Assembly: GCA_051294375.1 (NCBI GenBank)
Contig: CM119263.1
Location: 8,257,992-8,321,991 of the forward strand
Direction of reading: 5' to 3'
Length of the DNA stretch: 64,000 nucleotides
Origin: Paraspadella gotoi
Taxonomy: Eukaryota; Animalia; Chaetognatha
The notes beneath the pieces were generated by a model. That model was given only the letters and a program-made list of their open reading frames with translations, ran no database searches and had not been told where the DNA came from. Each line of letters begins with the position of its first letter. Position 1 is the first letter of the stretch. The translations under genes and the position numbers were made by a program. Of the stretch, positions 1-11,965 are shown in pieces.

Positions 1-60
1 GAGTGATAACAGCGCGGGGAAACGGAGGCGCGAGGTGGCCAAGTTGAAATTCCTCCCGAA

Positions 61-1370
61 TTTTCCCGCCGTAAATTTTTTTTTTTTTTTTTTTTTTTTC
101 AAAATTTCCCGCCGCTCGGAATTCGTGATTCCGAGTTTTAACGTTCGACGAAACGGGGCGATGCATCTCTCCCTCTTGTCAAAAACCCAACGCCTTCGCG
201 GACTGTAAATCGCGACGGCCGTAATTTTAGAACCGCGGATTCGATTCCGTTTTAGTAAACAAGTTCATGAGAAGGAAAATAAAAAAAAAATAAAAAAAAA
301 AAAACTCGAGCCAGAATTCCCGCCTGGAGATGATTGGGTAGAGGGCGAGGGATGGGGCTTGAATGGGGAATGGAGGGGGGCGTGCCTCCCTTTCAAACTG
401 ATGGGGTTTTGCAAAACGAAATACAGTTTCGCTCGCGACCTCTCCCTCGGGGCTTTCGCTCCGTCCCGTTTTGTTTACGTTTCTCTAAATAAAAACAAAG
501 GCTTTTTTTTGCATTCGAATGAAGGTTTTTAAATGTCCCAATCGGTCTGTCAGAGTATACTAGTTTAAAGAAGCGATGTAAATCAAAATTTAGCTATTTT
601 TTTCCGTTTCCATACAACAAACTGTTATTAAAGAAGCTATGTAAATCAGAAGTTAGCTATTTTTTTCCCCGTTTCCATACAACAAACTGTTATTAAACGA
701 TAGTACGTCTTCACATAATTTTTTTTTAAAGGATTGCGCAATACAACAAACAGATCATTCAACCGGATCCACGAAAGTTACTCCCGTTAATGTCTCGTTA
801 ATGTAAAAATGCGGGGCATGATTACGTTTTAATGCGAAAAGAACACATCATTCGAAGATAACATGAATATCGTTAGAAGGAACGATACAATGGCTCACGT
901 CAGCCAATGAGCGATCGACTCGTCACGGACCGGCGTTTTCGCTTCGTTGATTTGACGGTCTTTCATACTTTCCTCCGAACTCGGGATTGGTTGCTCGAAA
1001 AAAAGCTTTAAGCTCCTTCGCGATTGGCCGACGTCCACTCGGCTAACATTTCCGATTGGCTACCAGCTTTCGTTCCCGATTCATTCGCGTCGTTAACGCC
1101 GCTCGTTTCCGATTGGTTTACGTCAATCAGAGCCGCGAAACGGCGACGTCATAAGCTCGCATTCTCACGGAGGAAGAAAAAAAAATGACGCCGCTTTCGC
1201 AGCCAGGGTGACGCGCATGAATGCTGATTGGTCGGCAGGCGCCGCATAGGAAACGCGAGGATTGGACCACTAGGGAGGACAACGCGAGCGGATTGGCTCG
1301 TCGTCTTCGACGAATGAAAACGCGGTCGTGCGCGAAGGAGGCCACGTGTTCTCCTGCGCGTAACACGTGA
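61..1370. promoter_or_regulatory. Promoter-like CpG-rich region with 8 CCAAT boxes, E2F-type sites, CRE-like motifs and E-boxes
   Basis: CCAAT at 904. ATTGG at 986, 1023, 1055, 1112, 1227, 1261, 1292, all seven as GATTGG. TTCCCGCC near 63, 106 and 317. CACGTG near 1343 and 1365. ACGTCA near 897, 1120 and 1146. Confidence 0.55.
576..697. repeat. Tandem duplication of a ~60-bp unit (2 copies)
   Basis: atgtaaatca...ttagctatttttttcc..gtttccatacaacaaactgttattaaa occurs twice back to back. Confidence 0.9.
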
Positions 1371-2177
1371 TTTTCCTAGGAAACGAGGGCAAAGGAGATG
1401 GAAGAGGGAGGAAGGCCTCGAAAGAACGGAGGGGAAAGGAGGAAGAATATTGGAAAAGGAGAAGACAAATTTTAAATGAAACTCAAAAAAATGTTATAAA
1501 CCAGACTAAATTGATAAAGAAAAGAAAATAAAAAGAAGAAACGAAAGAAAAAACGGGCAGATAAGGAGACGAAAAAATTCAAAATTAAAAAAAAAAAAAG
1601 CAGAGAAAAAACAGAACGAAATCCTTTCAAAAAGTAAAAGAAAAAAAAGTTAAAAGAATATAAGTAACGACGTTGATAAGAAAAGAAAATTAAACGAAGA
1701 TAACATAAAACGAAAATACAAACAAAAAAAACAGAGAAAGATTTTTTTCTTCTCAAAGAAATGAGAGGGAAAAAAATTAAAAAAAGGGAAAACATAAAAT
1801 GAACCGGAAGCAGAAAAAAAAAGAGAGTAGAAGCCGCAGGAAACGACATAAAGCGAAGGATTTCCCTTCCTCCCCTTTTTTCTTTCCTCCCTTCTTTTCT
1901 TTCCTCCCTTTCCCCAATTGCCCTTCCCCTCCGTTTCATTTCTTTCTTCTCGGAACCCCCGGACTTCCTCCCCCACCCCCCCCCGCTGTTTTTACCTTCT
2001 CGTTCCTTTTTTTCCTTATATTATCCGTTTTTCCGTTACTTAATCTTTCATGCTTTTATCTTTTTCTTACCTTTTACTAGTTTTATATATATTTTTTTGT
2101 TTTGCCTTATTATTTCCTATTTCTTTCTTTCGTCTTCTCTCTCCTCTTTACTCCTTTACTCTCTCTTGCCTCATCTC

Positions 2178-2640
2178 TTTTGCCCTTTCTGCTCCTTTCT
2201 CTTTACGCTTTCTTTTCTTTCCTTTTTCTTTTCCTTTCGCTTTTTTTTCGTTTTTCCTTTCTGCCTCAATTTCGTTTTAACTTATTTCCCTTTTCTGCTC
2301 CTTTCTCTTTACGCTTTCTTTCTTCCTTTTCTTTTCCTTTCCTTTCTTTTTTCACGTTTTCCTTTTTGGCCCTCATTCGTTTTACTTTTTTTGCCCTTTC
2401 TGCTCCTTTCTCTTTACGCTTTCTTCATTCTTTTCCTTTTTCCTTTCCTTTCCTTTTTTTCCGTTTTCCTTTTGCCCTCAATTCGTTTTACTTTTTTGCC
2501 CTTTCTGCTCCTTTCTCTTTACGCTTTCTTTTTTCTTTTCCTTTTTCCTTTCCTTTCCTTTTTTTCCGTTTTGCCCTTTCTGCTCCTTTCTCTTTTCGCT
2601 TTCTTCATTCTTTTCCTTTTTCCTTTCCTTTCCTTTCCTC
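2178..2640. repeat. Pyrimidine-rich tandem repeat, ~105-bp unit, ~4.5 copies
   Basis: tttctgctcctttctcttt recurs near 2186, 2292, 2397, 2502 and 2577. ctca(a)ttcgtttta recurs at similar spacing. Confidence 0.85.
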
Positions 2641-3592
2641 CATTTCCGTTCTTTTCTTATTTTTAATTCATCTTTTCCCTTTATTTGTGGTTTCCTCCAT
2701 CATTTTCTTTTCCTTTCTTTTCCTCTTTCTTATTCCTTTTTTTCTCTTCTCGACTTCAAAATCCCGCCACCCACCCAGTGCAAGGAAAAAAAAACTTAAC
2801 CATGAAAACATTAAAAAAAAAAAGTCAATTCCAACCAAATGAAAGGAAGACTTTGAAAAATGGTGCGATAACACGAAAGCGCGATCCAAGTTGCAATTGT
2901 AATATATTGCTTAGCTCAACGAAGCCGCAGAAAACGCATCAAAAAAGAAGATAGAAAAAAAAGGTGCAATTTATTCTATTTTATCTGTAAGTAATCTCGA
3001 TATAATTCGACTAGAACGATGTATATGTATATGAAAATTTGCAAATTACTTGTTTCTATTTTTATGAAGGATTTACTATTTAATCTATATTCTTTAAATA
3101 TATATATTATATATATGTATATGTATATTTTATAACGTATATTTAGATAGATGATATATATTTAATGTATACATAATTACATATTTGCCTAAACCCATTT
3201 TCTTGACTCGAATCAGAGCGAAAAGGTCTTACTCTTCATTAGAACCAAAGTTAAAGAGAAAAAAAACAAGTAAACAAAAGGGAAACGTCTCGGCGTCAAA
3301 AGCCGACGAAAGAAAAAAAAGGAGGAAAATGGAGGAAAAAAAATAGTTAATGAGAGGAGCTTGTCGTCTGCTTAGCGAAATGAAAACGAGAATAAGAGAG
3401 ATGGCGCTCATTTCCAACATGGTGGCGACGAAAGGAAAGAGACAGNNNNNNNNNNNNNNNNNNNNNNNNNNNNNNNNNNNNNNNNNNNNNNNNNNNNNNN
3501 NNNNNNNNNNNNNNNNNNNNNNNNNNNNNNNNNNNNNNNNNNNNNNNNNNNNNNNNNNNNNNNNNNNNNNNNNNNNNNNNNNNNNNNNNNNN

Positions 3593-4478
3593 AGAAACAA
3601 ATTCAAATAAAGGGATGGAAGAGGAACGAGAGACTCTGTCTCCTGCTCTTCCCCCTCCTCATTATCCTCCTCCCTTTCCTCTTCCTCCTCCTCTTCCTCC
3701 TCCTCTTCCTCCTTCCCCTTTCCCACCTCGTCCTTCTCTTCCCCTTTCTTTTTCTTCTTAATCCATTATGCAAATTCGAATGGAAAAGAGACTCAAGAAA
3801 TAAAGGACTTGTCACAATAATGTAAATTAGGCTCCCGTTGGGTCCCCTGCGGTGGGGCAGGCCCTAAGGTGGAGCCAGGATGATCGGACGAGCGATTCGG
3901 TGGCGCCGGAAAGATGGGAACGTCGGGGTTGGCACGAGAGTAGAATGGGGATGGTGGAATTGGGATAGTGGAAGCAGGATGGTGGAATTGGGATAGAGGA
4001 AGAGGGATGGTGGAATTGGGATAGTGGAAGCGGGACGGTGGAATTGGGATAGTGGAAGCGGGATGGTGGAATTGGGATAGACTAAGAGGGATGGTGGAAT
4101 CGTGGGAATGTAAGATTGAGGAATTCGTGCGACTTAAAAGATCAGTAAATAGAGTAAATAGAAAAGAAGTTAAAAAGAAACAGAAAATAGAGATTATGAG
4201 TGAAAAAGTTGATAATAAAAATGAAAGGGCGAATAAATGGTTGTGTTAGAAAACCAGAAATAAAGGACATGCATAGGGCGATAAAAAGTAAAAAGTGATA
4301 TAGAAATAGGCAAATAGAGAAAGAGAGAGAGAGAGAGTGAGAGAGAGAGAAGAGAGCTTGAGAGAGAGAGAGAGATTAAAAAAGAACTAAAAGAAGGAAC
4401 GGGAAGATAAAGAGAGAGAGAGAGAGAGTGAGAGAGAGAGAGTGAGTGACGAGAGAGAGAGAGAGAGAGAGAGTGAGT

Positions 4479-4512
<34 letters not shown>

Positions 4513-4846
4513 CGAGAGAGAGATGAGAGGAGAGAGAGAGAGAGGGAGTGAAGAAGCAGAGATAGAGAGAGAGAGAGATTAAAAAAGAACTAAAAGAAGG
4601 AACGGGGAAAAATGGAATCTTTCTTAGGTGTAAACGCACCTCTGAATAATCCCTCCGCGCCGCGCCGCGCCTCCGCCGCCGCCGCCGCCCGCCCGCCGCC
4701 GCCGATTCTGCTTCTCGTCCCTTATTTTCCTTGCACGCCCCCTCTGCCTTTAATGCAACTCTCCGCCTATAAACTCGGAGCGTCGCCCGTACAAGCACGA
4801 TCTCTCTCTCTCGTCTCATCTCTCTCTCTCTCTCTCTCTCTACTCT

Positions 4847-4889
<43 letters not shown>

Positions 4890-5121
4890 GTCCCGGCTTG
4901 CCCCGCCCACTTCGGCCAGTGACGCCAGACGCGCGATGCTACATCCCATATCCAGTTGCGTATTAACACGCGCTACGCTCTCCGGGATTATTCAGAGGTG
5001 CGTTTACACCCTTAAGAAGATTCCATTTTTCCCGTTCCTTCTTTAGTTTTTTTTATCTCTCTCTCTCTCTATCTCTGCTTCTTCACTCCCTCTCTCTCTC
5101 TCTCCTCTCATCTCTCTCTCG

Positions 5122-5155
<34 letters not shown>

Positions 5156-6043
5156 ACTCACTCTCTCTCTCTCTCTCTCTCTCGTCACTCACTCTCTCTC
5201 TCTCACTCTCTCTCTCTCTCTCTTTATCTTCCCGTTCCTTCTTTTAGTTCTTTTTTAATCTCTCTCTCTCTCTCAAGCTCTCTTCTCTCTCTCTCCCTCC
5301 CCTCTCCTCTCTCACTCTCTCTCTCTCTCTTTCTCTATTTGCCTATTTCTATATCACTTTTTACTTTTTATCGCCTATGCATGTCCTTTATTTCTGGTTT
5401 TCTAACACAACATTTATTCGCCCTTTCATTTTTATTATCAACTTTTTCACTCATAATCTTTATTTTCTGTTTCTTTTAACTTCTTTTCTATTTACTCTAT
5501 TTACTGATCTTTTAAGTCGCACGAATTCCTCAATCTTACATTCCCACGATTCCACCATCCTCTTAGTCTATCCCAATTCACCATCCGCTTCCACTATCCC
5601 AATTCCACCGTCCCGCTTCCACTATCCCAATTCCACCATCCCCTCTTCCTTATCCAATTTTGTCCACCATCCTGCTTCCACTATCCAATTCCACCATCCC
5701 CATTCTACTCTCGTGCAACCCCGACGTTCCCATCTTTCCGGCGCCACCGAATCGCTCGTCCGATCATCCTGGCTCCACCTTAGGGGCCTGCCCCACGCAA
5801 GGGGACCCAACGGGAGCCTAATTTACATTATTGTGACAAGTCCTTTATTTCTTGAGTCTCTTTTCCATTCGAATTTGCATAATGGATAGAAGAAAAGAAA
5901 GGGGAAGAGAAGGACGAGGTGGAAAGGGGAAGGGGAAGAGAGGAGGAAGAGGAGAGGAGAGAAAGGGAGGAGGATAATGAGGAGGGGGAAGAGCAGAGAC
6001 AGAGTCTCTCGTTCCTCTTCCATCCCTTATTGAATTTGTTTCT
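3593..6043. repeat. Fold-back inverted duplication 1: arms 3593-4653 and 4984-6043, ~330-bp spacer
   Basis: ggtgtaaacgcacctctgaataatccc (ends 4653) is mirrored by gggattattcagaggtgcgtttacacc (starts 4984). The outer end agaaacaaattcaaataaagggatgg is mirrored at ~6020-6043. The ORF track shows the same peptide (TSPLFLESLFHSNLHNG) on opposite strands. Confidence 0.97.
3946..4080. repeat. ~29-bp tandem repeat (ggatggtggaattgggatagtggaagc), ~5 copies; mirrored at ~5550-5703
   Basis: Repeated ggtggaattgggatag units read directly. Confidence 0.9.
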
Positions 6044-6048
6044 TTTCT

Positions 6049-6117
<69 letters not shown>

Positions 6118-9100
6118 CTCTCTTCTCTCTCTCTCTCTCGCTCTCGTCTCTCTCTCTCTCTCTGTCTAATACACGTACTCAGACTCACTAACCAATGTAT
6201 ACATGTCCAACATACGCCGTCTCGGACCGCAATCTCCGCGCGCTTTCCGTATCTGAAATCCAGACTAAGAAGGAATTGTCCACTCGTCATGAATAATATC
6301 TCCACTCACACATTGAAATATTCAGTTGTGGTAAGACAAGCAACTACCATAGGACAGACCAGTATGATTGTCAATTATAACGGCGACTCCCGAGGCCGTT
6401 GATATAACTGGCTCGCCACACTCATACATCAGTTCGTATCTCCTGTATGTAGAAAAGGCATGATATGTTCAACATATACACTGGTCTCGAATGCGGTGGT
6501 GCAAAATCATGCTTCAGCGATAAGTCATCTTGCCGATCCAGTAAAATTACGGACGACTAAAGCACGGCACAGCCCTGTACCGACTGCGTTGATGAATCGA
6601 CTAGGCTCTATTATAAAACGAGTTCCAGTAAACATAATCTTAGTCTCATTATCCCGCGTTTGGAGGCGGCGTCTTGATATAGATAATAAATGCTTACCGC
6701 GACACAAACCCAGCATCCCGTCCGCTAAATGTCATGTGAAGAGGGGGGAGACGATACAATAATATCGTGTTGGCGTGTGATACTTTTAAATCTCTACCGC
6801 GCGAAAAAATCTATATAAAATCAGGAATTAATATAATTATATAATTAATTGATGCAGAGGACAACAATAAGAAAAATAGCGCGAAAGCTATATAAAACTG
6901 TGCGTTTCGCGAATTTGGCTAACGAGATGCATGCCCCGAAACAATTAGACGGCGGAAGTCCATGCCTGCGACAGATCCCGAGGACGTCAGATCGGCATTT
7001 ACCGTGTACATATCTCGTGCATGGGGTTCGTGCGTGTATTCGCAAACCGCCGATAATGTAGGCAGCGATCACTCCGAACATCTCATGCGGATTAGTGTTG
7101 CCGTAGCGTGGTGGAGACTTAGAAAGCGCCAACCGTCTCGCCCGTGGAGATGCCTCCTACTAGACAATATATTATGATTGTCTTATCGACGCAACATTTC
7201 AAAATTACTTCATGACACCGAACTCTCCTTCGCCTGCACCCCCTGACCCTATCCGCCACCATAAGAAATTGAAACACGATAATTAAAACAGATAATTACA
7301 TTCAGCCAGTTAAAACCACTGCAAAGTATTAGTCCGCCCATCAAACATCTAGTTTATTAACTTACAATATAATTTTATTTTAATGTGCACTGTTAATGCA
7401 CGTAAATGTTTCATGTCTAGTAGAATCGTCTTGAGCGGAACAAGATTAGCACCAAATTGAATTTCTTCAAAGAACCATTAATCCTTAGGATTTCTCGTTG
7501 TTTCTACTGACATTCTTCAAATCGGTCGATTCCTTTTTTGAAAGATTTTGGATAATATTAATAGAAAAATCCTTGATATAAGATTTTTTCGTCCAATTTA
7601 GGAATTCACTTTCTCTCTCTCTCCGTTCTCTTTCTGCTGGTCTGCCCATTAAACTTGCTGCGACCATTGCGAGGTCTTTTTCTCCATGGCAGATTTAACC
7701 AGAACAAAATCTCCATCCCTTTCCTTCTTCCAATTTTCTCTTCCTCCTCTGCCATAAAAAGACTCCTTTTTAAAATGAATATTTTGCTCTTACCGCCGAC
7801 TTTGTTGACGTAGCTGTTCTTCACTCTACTCTAATTTACCTTCAAGCCCACTATGTTACGATATGGCATCTTTTACATGTTTAGATGTACTCCTTTTACT
7901 TGTGATGTATATCTTGTTTTAAAAATTTTCATTTCTAGGTCGTTCATTTACCGTAACAATAGCATATAATGGTTACTACTAATATTACCCGATACACATG
8001 CTCAACCCACATTATCACTCTGTGGAATTCTGAGACCCTACTAATTACCGCAAAATAGTCACACAAAACTACGTCTACCTTAACCTTCTTTGGTCTCGCC
8101 CTTTAGTAACCATTGCCTCTGCTCCTCAGTTTCACACACCAACTCACATCTCACCCACGTACCCTGACCCTTGTCCGTTCTTGTTTTTATAGAGCGACGA
8201 CCGCCAGTCTGTCATAGACAGTCCGCCCTTGTCCGTAACGCATGGTCGCCGCTTCACGCTGATAACTCCGCGGCGCTGCGGACTCGCGCGCATCGTGGTG
8301 CAATCAACCTCCAGCAGCGTTCGTTAAAATCGGCGTCGGCAAAGGGCGACACGTCTCTTGACGGGAGATGCTGAAGATGAAACAAGTGGATGAGAGCGTT
8401 CATAATTGTGGCGAAGCCTTCATATCGTGGCATATTACTGTTCTAGTCTTATACAAATCATAATTGTATACGTATAAATATGTGTAATTTACTCCAGATT
8501 CATAAATACAAAACAATCCTATTAAAACCATTAGATAATCTGCTCCGATCAAATAAAGTGGTCCGGTATATCATAACATACTATGTATATCGGTCCACGC
8601 AAAAAAGCGATCGTAGTAACTATTGCGCGGGTTCGAAACATAAGAGGACCTAAAGCATGCTATTCGTCGTTTCACAATCTCCTCTGCTTGCGGGTTATTG
8701 TTTAAAATATTTCGCTTCAAAACTTGGAATTACCCGTCATAAGATAGTTGTTTTTTCTTTAAGTTACTATCACAGTCGACCTAATCGAGTAGAGCTAAGC
8801 CTTTTAGGACAAAAACAGAAAAGTTAGAAACTGCGAAACAAGGTGAACATGGTACAAACCAGCAGCGTACTGCTCAAAGAAACACATATGAACAAACCGA
8901 TATTAAACGTATAGCGAGAAATAAAGAGACGTGTATGCAAACATATGATATAGTGATCCTCTCCCATTAACGCTCTCATAGAACTAGAGCTCTTGACAAC
9001 AAATATGTCTCTAGACCGGTTTTTCCTCTCCCTTCCCAATAGTATTGTCTTCTGACCGGCCAATGGTAGAAATGAGATGGCAATATTGTATGTTTAAGTT

Positions 9101-10324
9101 TCAAAAAAAAATGCCGCCATATCAAATATAGAACACTCTATAACCAAATCTTCGTGAAAATCCACCCCTATACTCCTCTGTAAGATTTTTCTGCCAATAT
9201 AAGATATTTTCAGAAACTATTGACTCCCTGGTTGAAAGGTCTCTGTAGATTCCGAAACTGCCGGCCCGACCGTTAAGTCCGGTCTAATTATACTATTTAC
9301 CCTCAATAAAGGAATATGGTCACCAAAATGGCTAGTCACTTGTAACATGATCGTATATCTGCCTAAACCACCCAAATGAAATGTAGAAGAAAAATTTGGA
9401 GCCCTTCAGACATATTGCTAATACAGAAATTACATGAATTCGAAGTTTATTGTAAAAGTGACAAAACATACCTTAAATGCGTTGACATTGTATAGAAGTT
9501 GAGAAATCCCTTTATTTGTATATATAAAAAATTTGCCATCAAATAATTATTTTCCGAGCGGACCAGCCCTCCATTTGAATCGAATGGTTCGATGTTCAAA
9601 ATGATGGTTATTTGTCAAGAGAAAAAAAATGCGAGCCTTCAGATGCCAACAGGATCGAGAATCGAGTGTTTTTTACATCTAATATATTTACCTGAATTTT
9701 TCCCAGGGGCGTTGACATTATTTGGTAGTCAGATTTTAACAAAATCTCCCTCTGAAAGTCTTGTCTCAGAATTTCTAAGACCAGCGGACGTAGACCCCTC
9801 CTAGGCCTACACTCACTCGCGATTCGAAATCGCTCTGTACTCATTCATGATGAAGCCGACCGCAGCGGATTATTAATGGATTAAAACTGTTAAATCCTGA
9901 TAGGCTGAATTAATGATTTTGATCGAAATAGCTCCCCACGTTGAACTTAGCGGTTTCACAGCTATCGGTAAATATAGTTAATCAAAAACCATAGCGACTG
10001 GTCTGGCCAACAATATATGTACGACGATAGAGCGTTAAAACAGGGAAACGTGCGACGATAGCGAAAATATATAAGAATTCGTACTGTGCCCAGCCATTAT
10101 TAAGCGCTTCATTGAAACGTCTACGCGGTCTCTCCAATTAGTCCTCCCGCCTTGCTTCTTCTCCGACCGAGGACACCTACCTCTCACCAACGGCGCGAGT
10201 CCCGATGACGCGATGGTACCCCTTTCGCGTTTCATAGACAAACGAGAGAAATAAGTCGGAGAACCAAATAAAGGCCCCACACGGGAGACCTCCTGTTGAG
10301 GGGGAAAGAAGGAAGCCAGGGCAG

Positions 10325-10374
10325 TATAAAAGAGGAAGCTTTAGAAATAACCGGGTTGCCATGCAACGGAAGTG
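10325..10374 (+). promoter_or_regulatory. Candidate core promoter: TATA box, X-box-like palindrome and ETS site
   Basis: TATAAAAG at 10325. GTTGCCATGCAAC at 10355-10367 is one G short of the RFX X-box GTTGCCATGGCAAC. CGGAAGTG at 10367-10374. Confidence 0.35.
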
Positions 10375-11834
10375 AAGTCGAAGAAGGTTTAAAGCTGCTA
10401 GGGGTTAAAAAAGGCTGAGGAGGGGTCGGGAGATTTTTTGTCCTGAAGATATTTTTTTATTTGCGCTATTTTTGTTGCTTTGTCGTTGCCTTTCTTTTTT
10501 TTTTTACTGTGCGATTGGCGCAAGTTTGTCAAAAAGTCGCGGTTATTAGGTGTCGTCGTTTTATCGCGTCGTGTTAGTCTTGAAGACCTGGAAAATTCGA
10601 ATAGATAAAATGAAATGTGAAAATTGTGCGCGGACTGAAACTAGAACTCTTTGTTGTGAATTTATTTCAAGCGTTCCGTTACTCGAGGATTTTTTTTATT
10701 ACTTTATAACGAAAGGAAAAGAAGAAATGTTAGATAGTGGTGTTATTAAAAGAGATGAGAGAGAGTGAAGAGCAGAGAGTATGAGAGATGACCGACGAGA
10801 CCGAGGGAGAATACTCGGTACTAGACTCTCGTCGAGAATGTGAGACGTACGGACGAGAGAGAAGAATGAAAGAGAGAGATATTTTGTGCAGGTTTTCAAA
10901 GAGATTGCGCCTCAGAATGAAATACAAACGTGAGAATCGAGAGATTCGCTGGCGTGAGATTGACGGCCGGACTGTGAATACTAGATAGAGATCATCGATT
11001 CAGTTGAGAGCGTTGAGTTCCTCGTACAAAGTTCTGTGTCTCGCTATAATAAAAAATAAAATATTCAAAATACTGTAAAAGGCACTCATTGAGGGAATAT
11101 TTCTGAAGGAAAAACAACTAAACATTGAAGAATGATAGCGTGTTGTGAATAGACATATTCTTCCAAATATTACGTTAACGTTTCCTTACTCCTTAACGAA
11201 TTCCTCTATTTTAAGGAATTGGTATTCTATTAACCACTTTCATGTCGATCAGTGACAATTTGTATATTATTATTATCTGTGACTATGTATTACTGAACCA
11301 AGACAATTTAAGAGTTTTGGGCAGGACTTGAAATAAACTCGATTCTTTATTTTTCTTCGTTTTCAGCCCAAAGGCGGCAAAGTAAACCAGAAGGTAAAAA
11401 CAAAAATTAATATAGAACAAGTAACGGCAATGTGTGTGGTGTACCCTCTATAAAGGTTTTAGTTAGTAAACTGTGGCAAATAGCATAATAGCCCCATTAT
11501 TTTCCTAATTGATTCTTTTTTCAATGCAAGAGTTTTGCGGAAAAAAGAATTCAGAATCCAATCAGTACATTCTCGGCCTCTCGCTTATCTTTCTCTCAAG
11601 CTCTCAACATTATATATTTATTACTTTCGTAATGGATTGCAAACATTTAGTATCGTTTTGTGTTTATAAATACTTCTGTCTAATCGTTAAATATACATCT
11701 CTTATCATTACTATGTTGTCCGCGATTATCAAATAGGGACTGTGAGTGAAATCTTATTCGTTCTTAGTTTTTTCAAACAATACGAAAAAACAACGCTTTG
11801 TTCGTACATATTTTACGCAAAACGCCTGCCTGTT

Positions 11835-11965
11835 TTAACCTTAACTAATATCAAACCATAATCTTCTACGAAGATCTCTCACCCAACCCCTAACCTTAAT
11901 CTTAACCCAAACCCTTAATTCCAAAGCTCTAATCCCTAACTCAAAGCGAGATCCCCATTCCCATA
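11835..11965. repeat. Degenerate (CCCTAA)-like hexamer tract
   Basis: acccaacccctaaccttaatcttaacccaaacccttaa...aatccctaac shows 6-bp periodicity. Confidence 0.6.

Noticed and set aside
1380-2760. A-rich block followed by a T-rich block as another fold-back
   Set aside because: The few apparent reverse-complement matches are low-complexity and not collinear.
1472-2954. Overlapping Phe/Leu/Ser- and Lys/Arg-rich ORFs up to 246 aa
   Set aside because: Stop-poor translations of polypyrimidine/polypurine tracts and a 105-bp tandem repeat, open in several frames at once.
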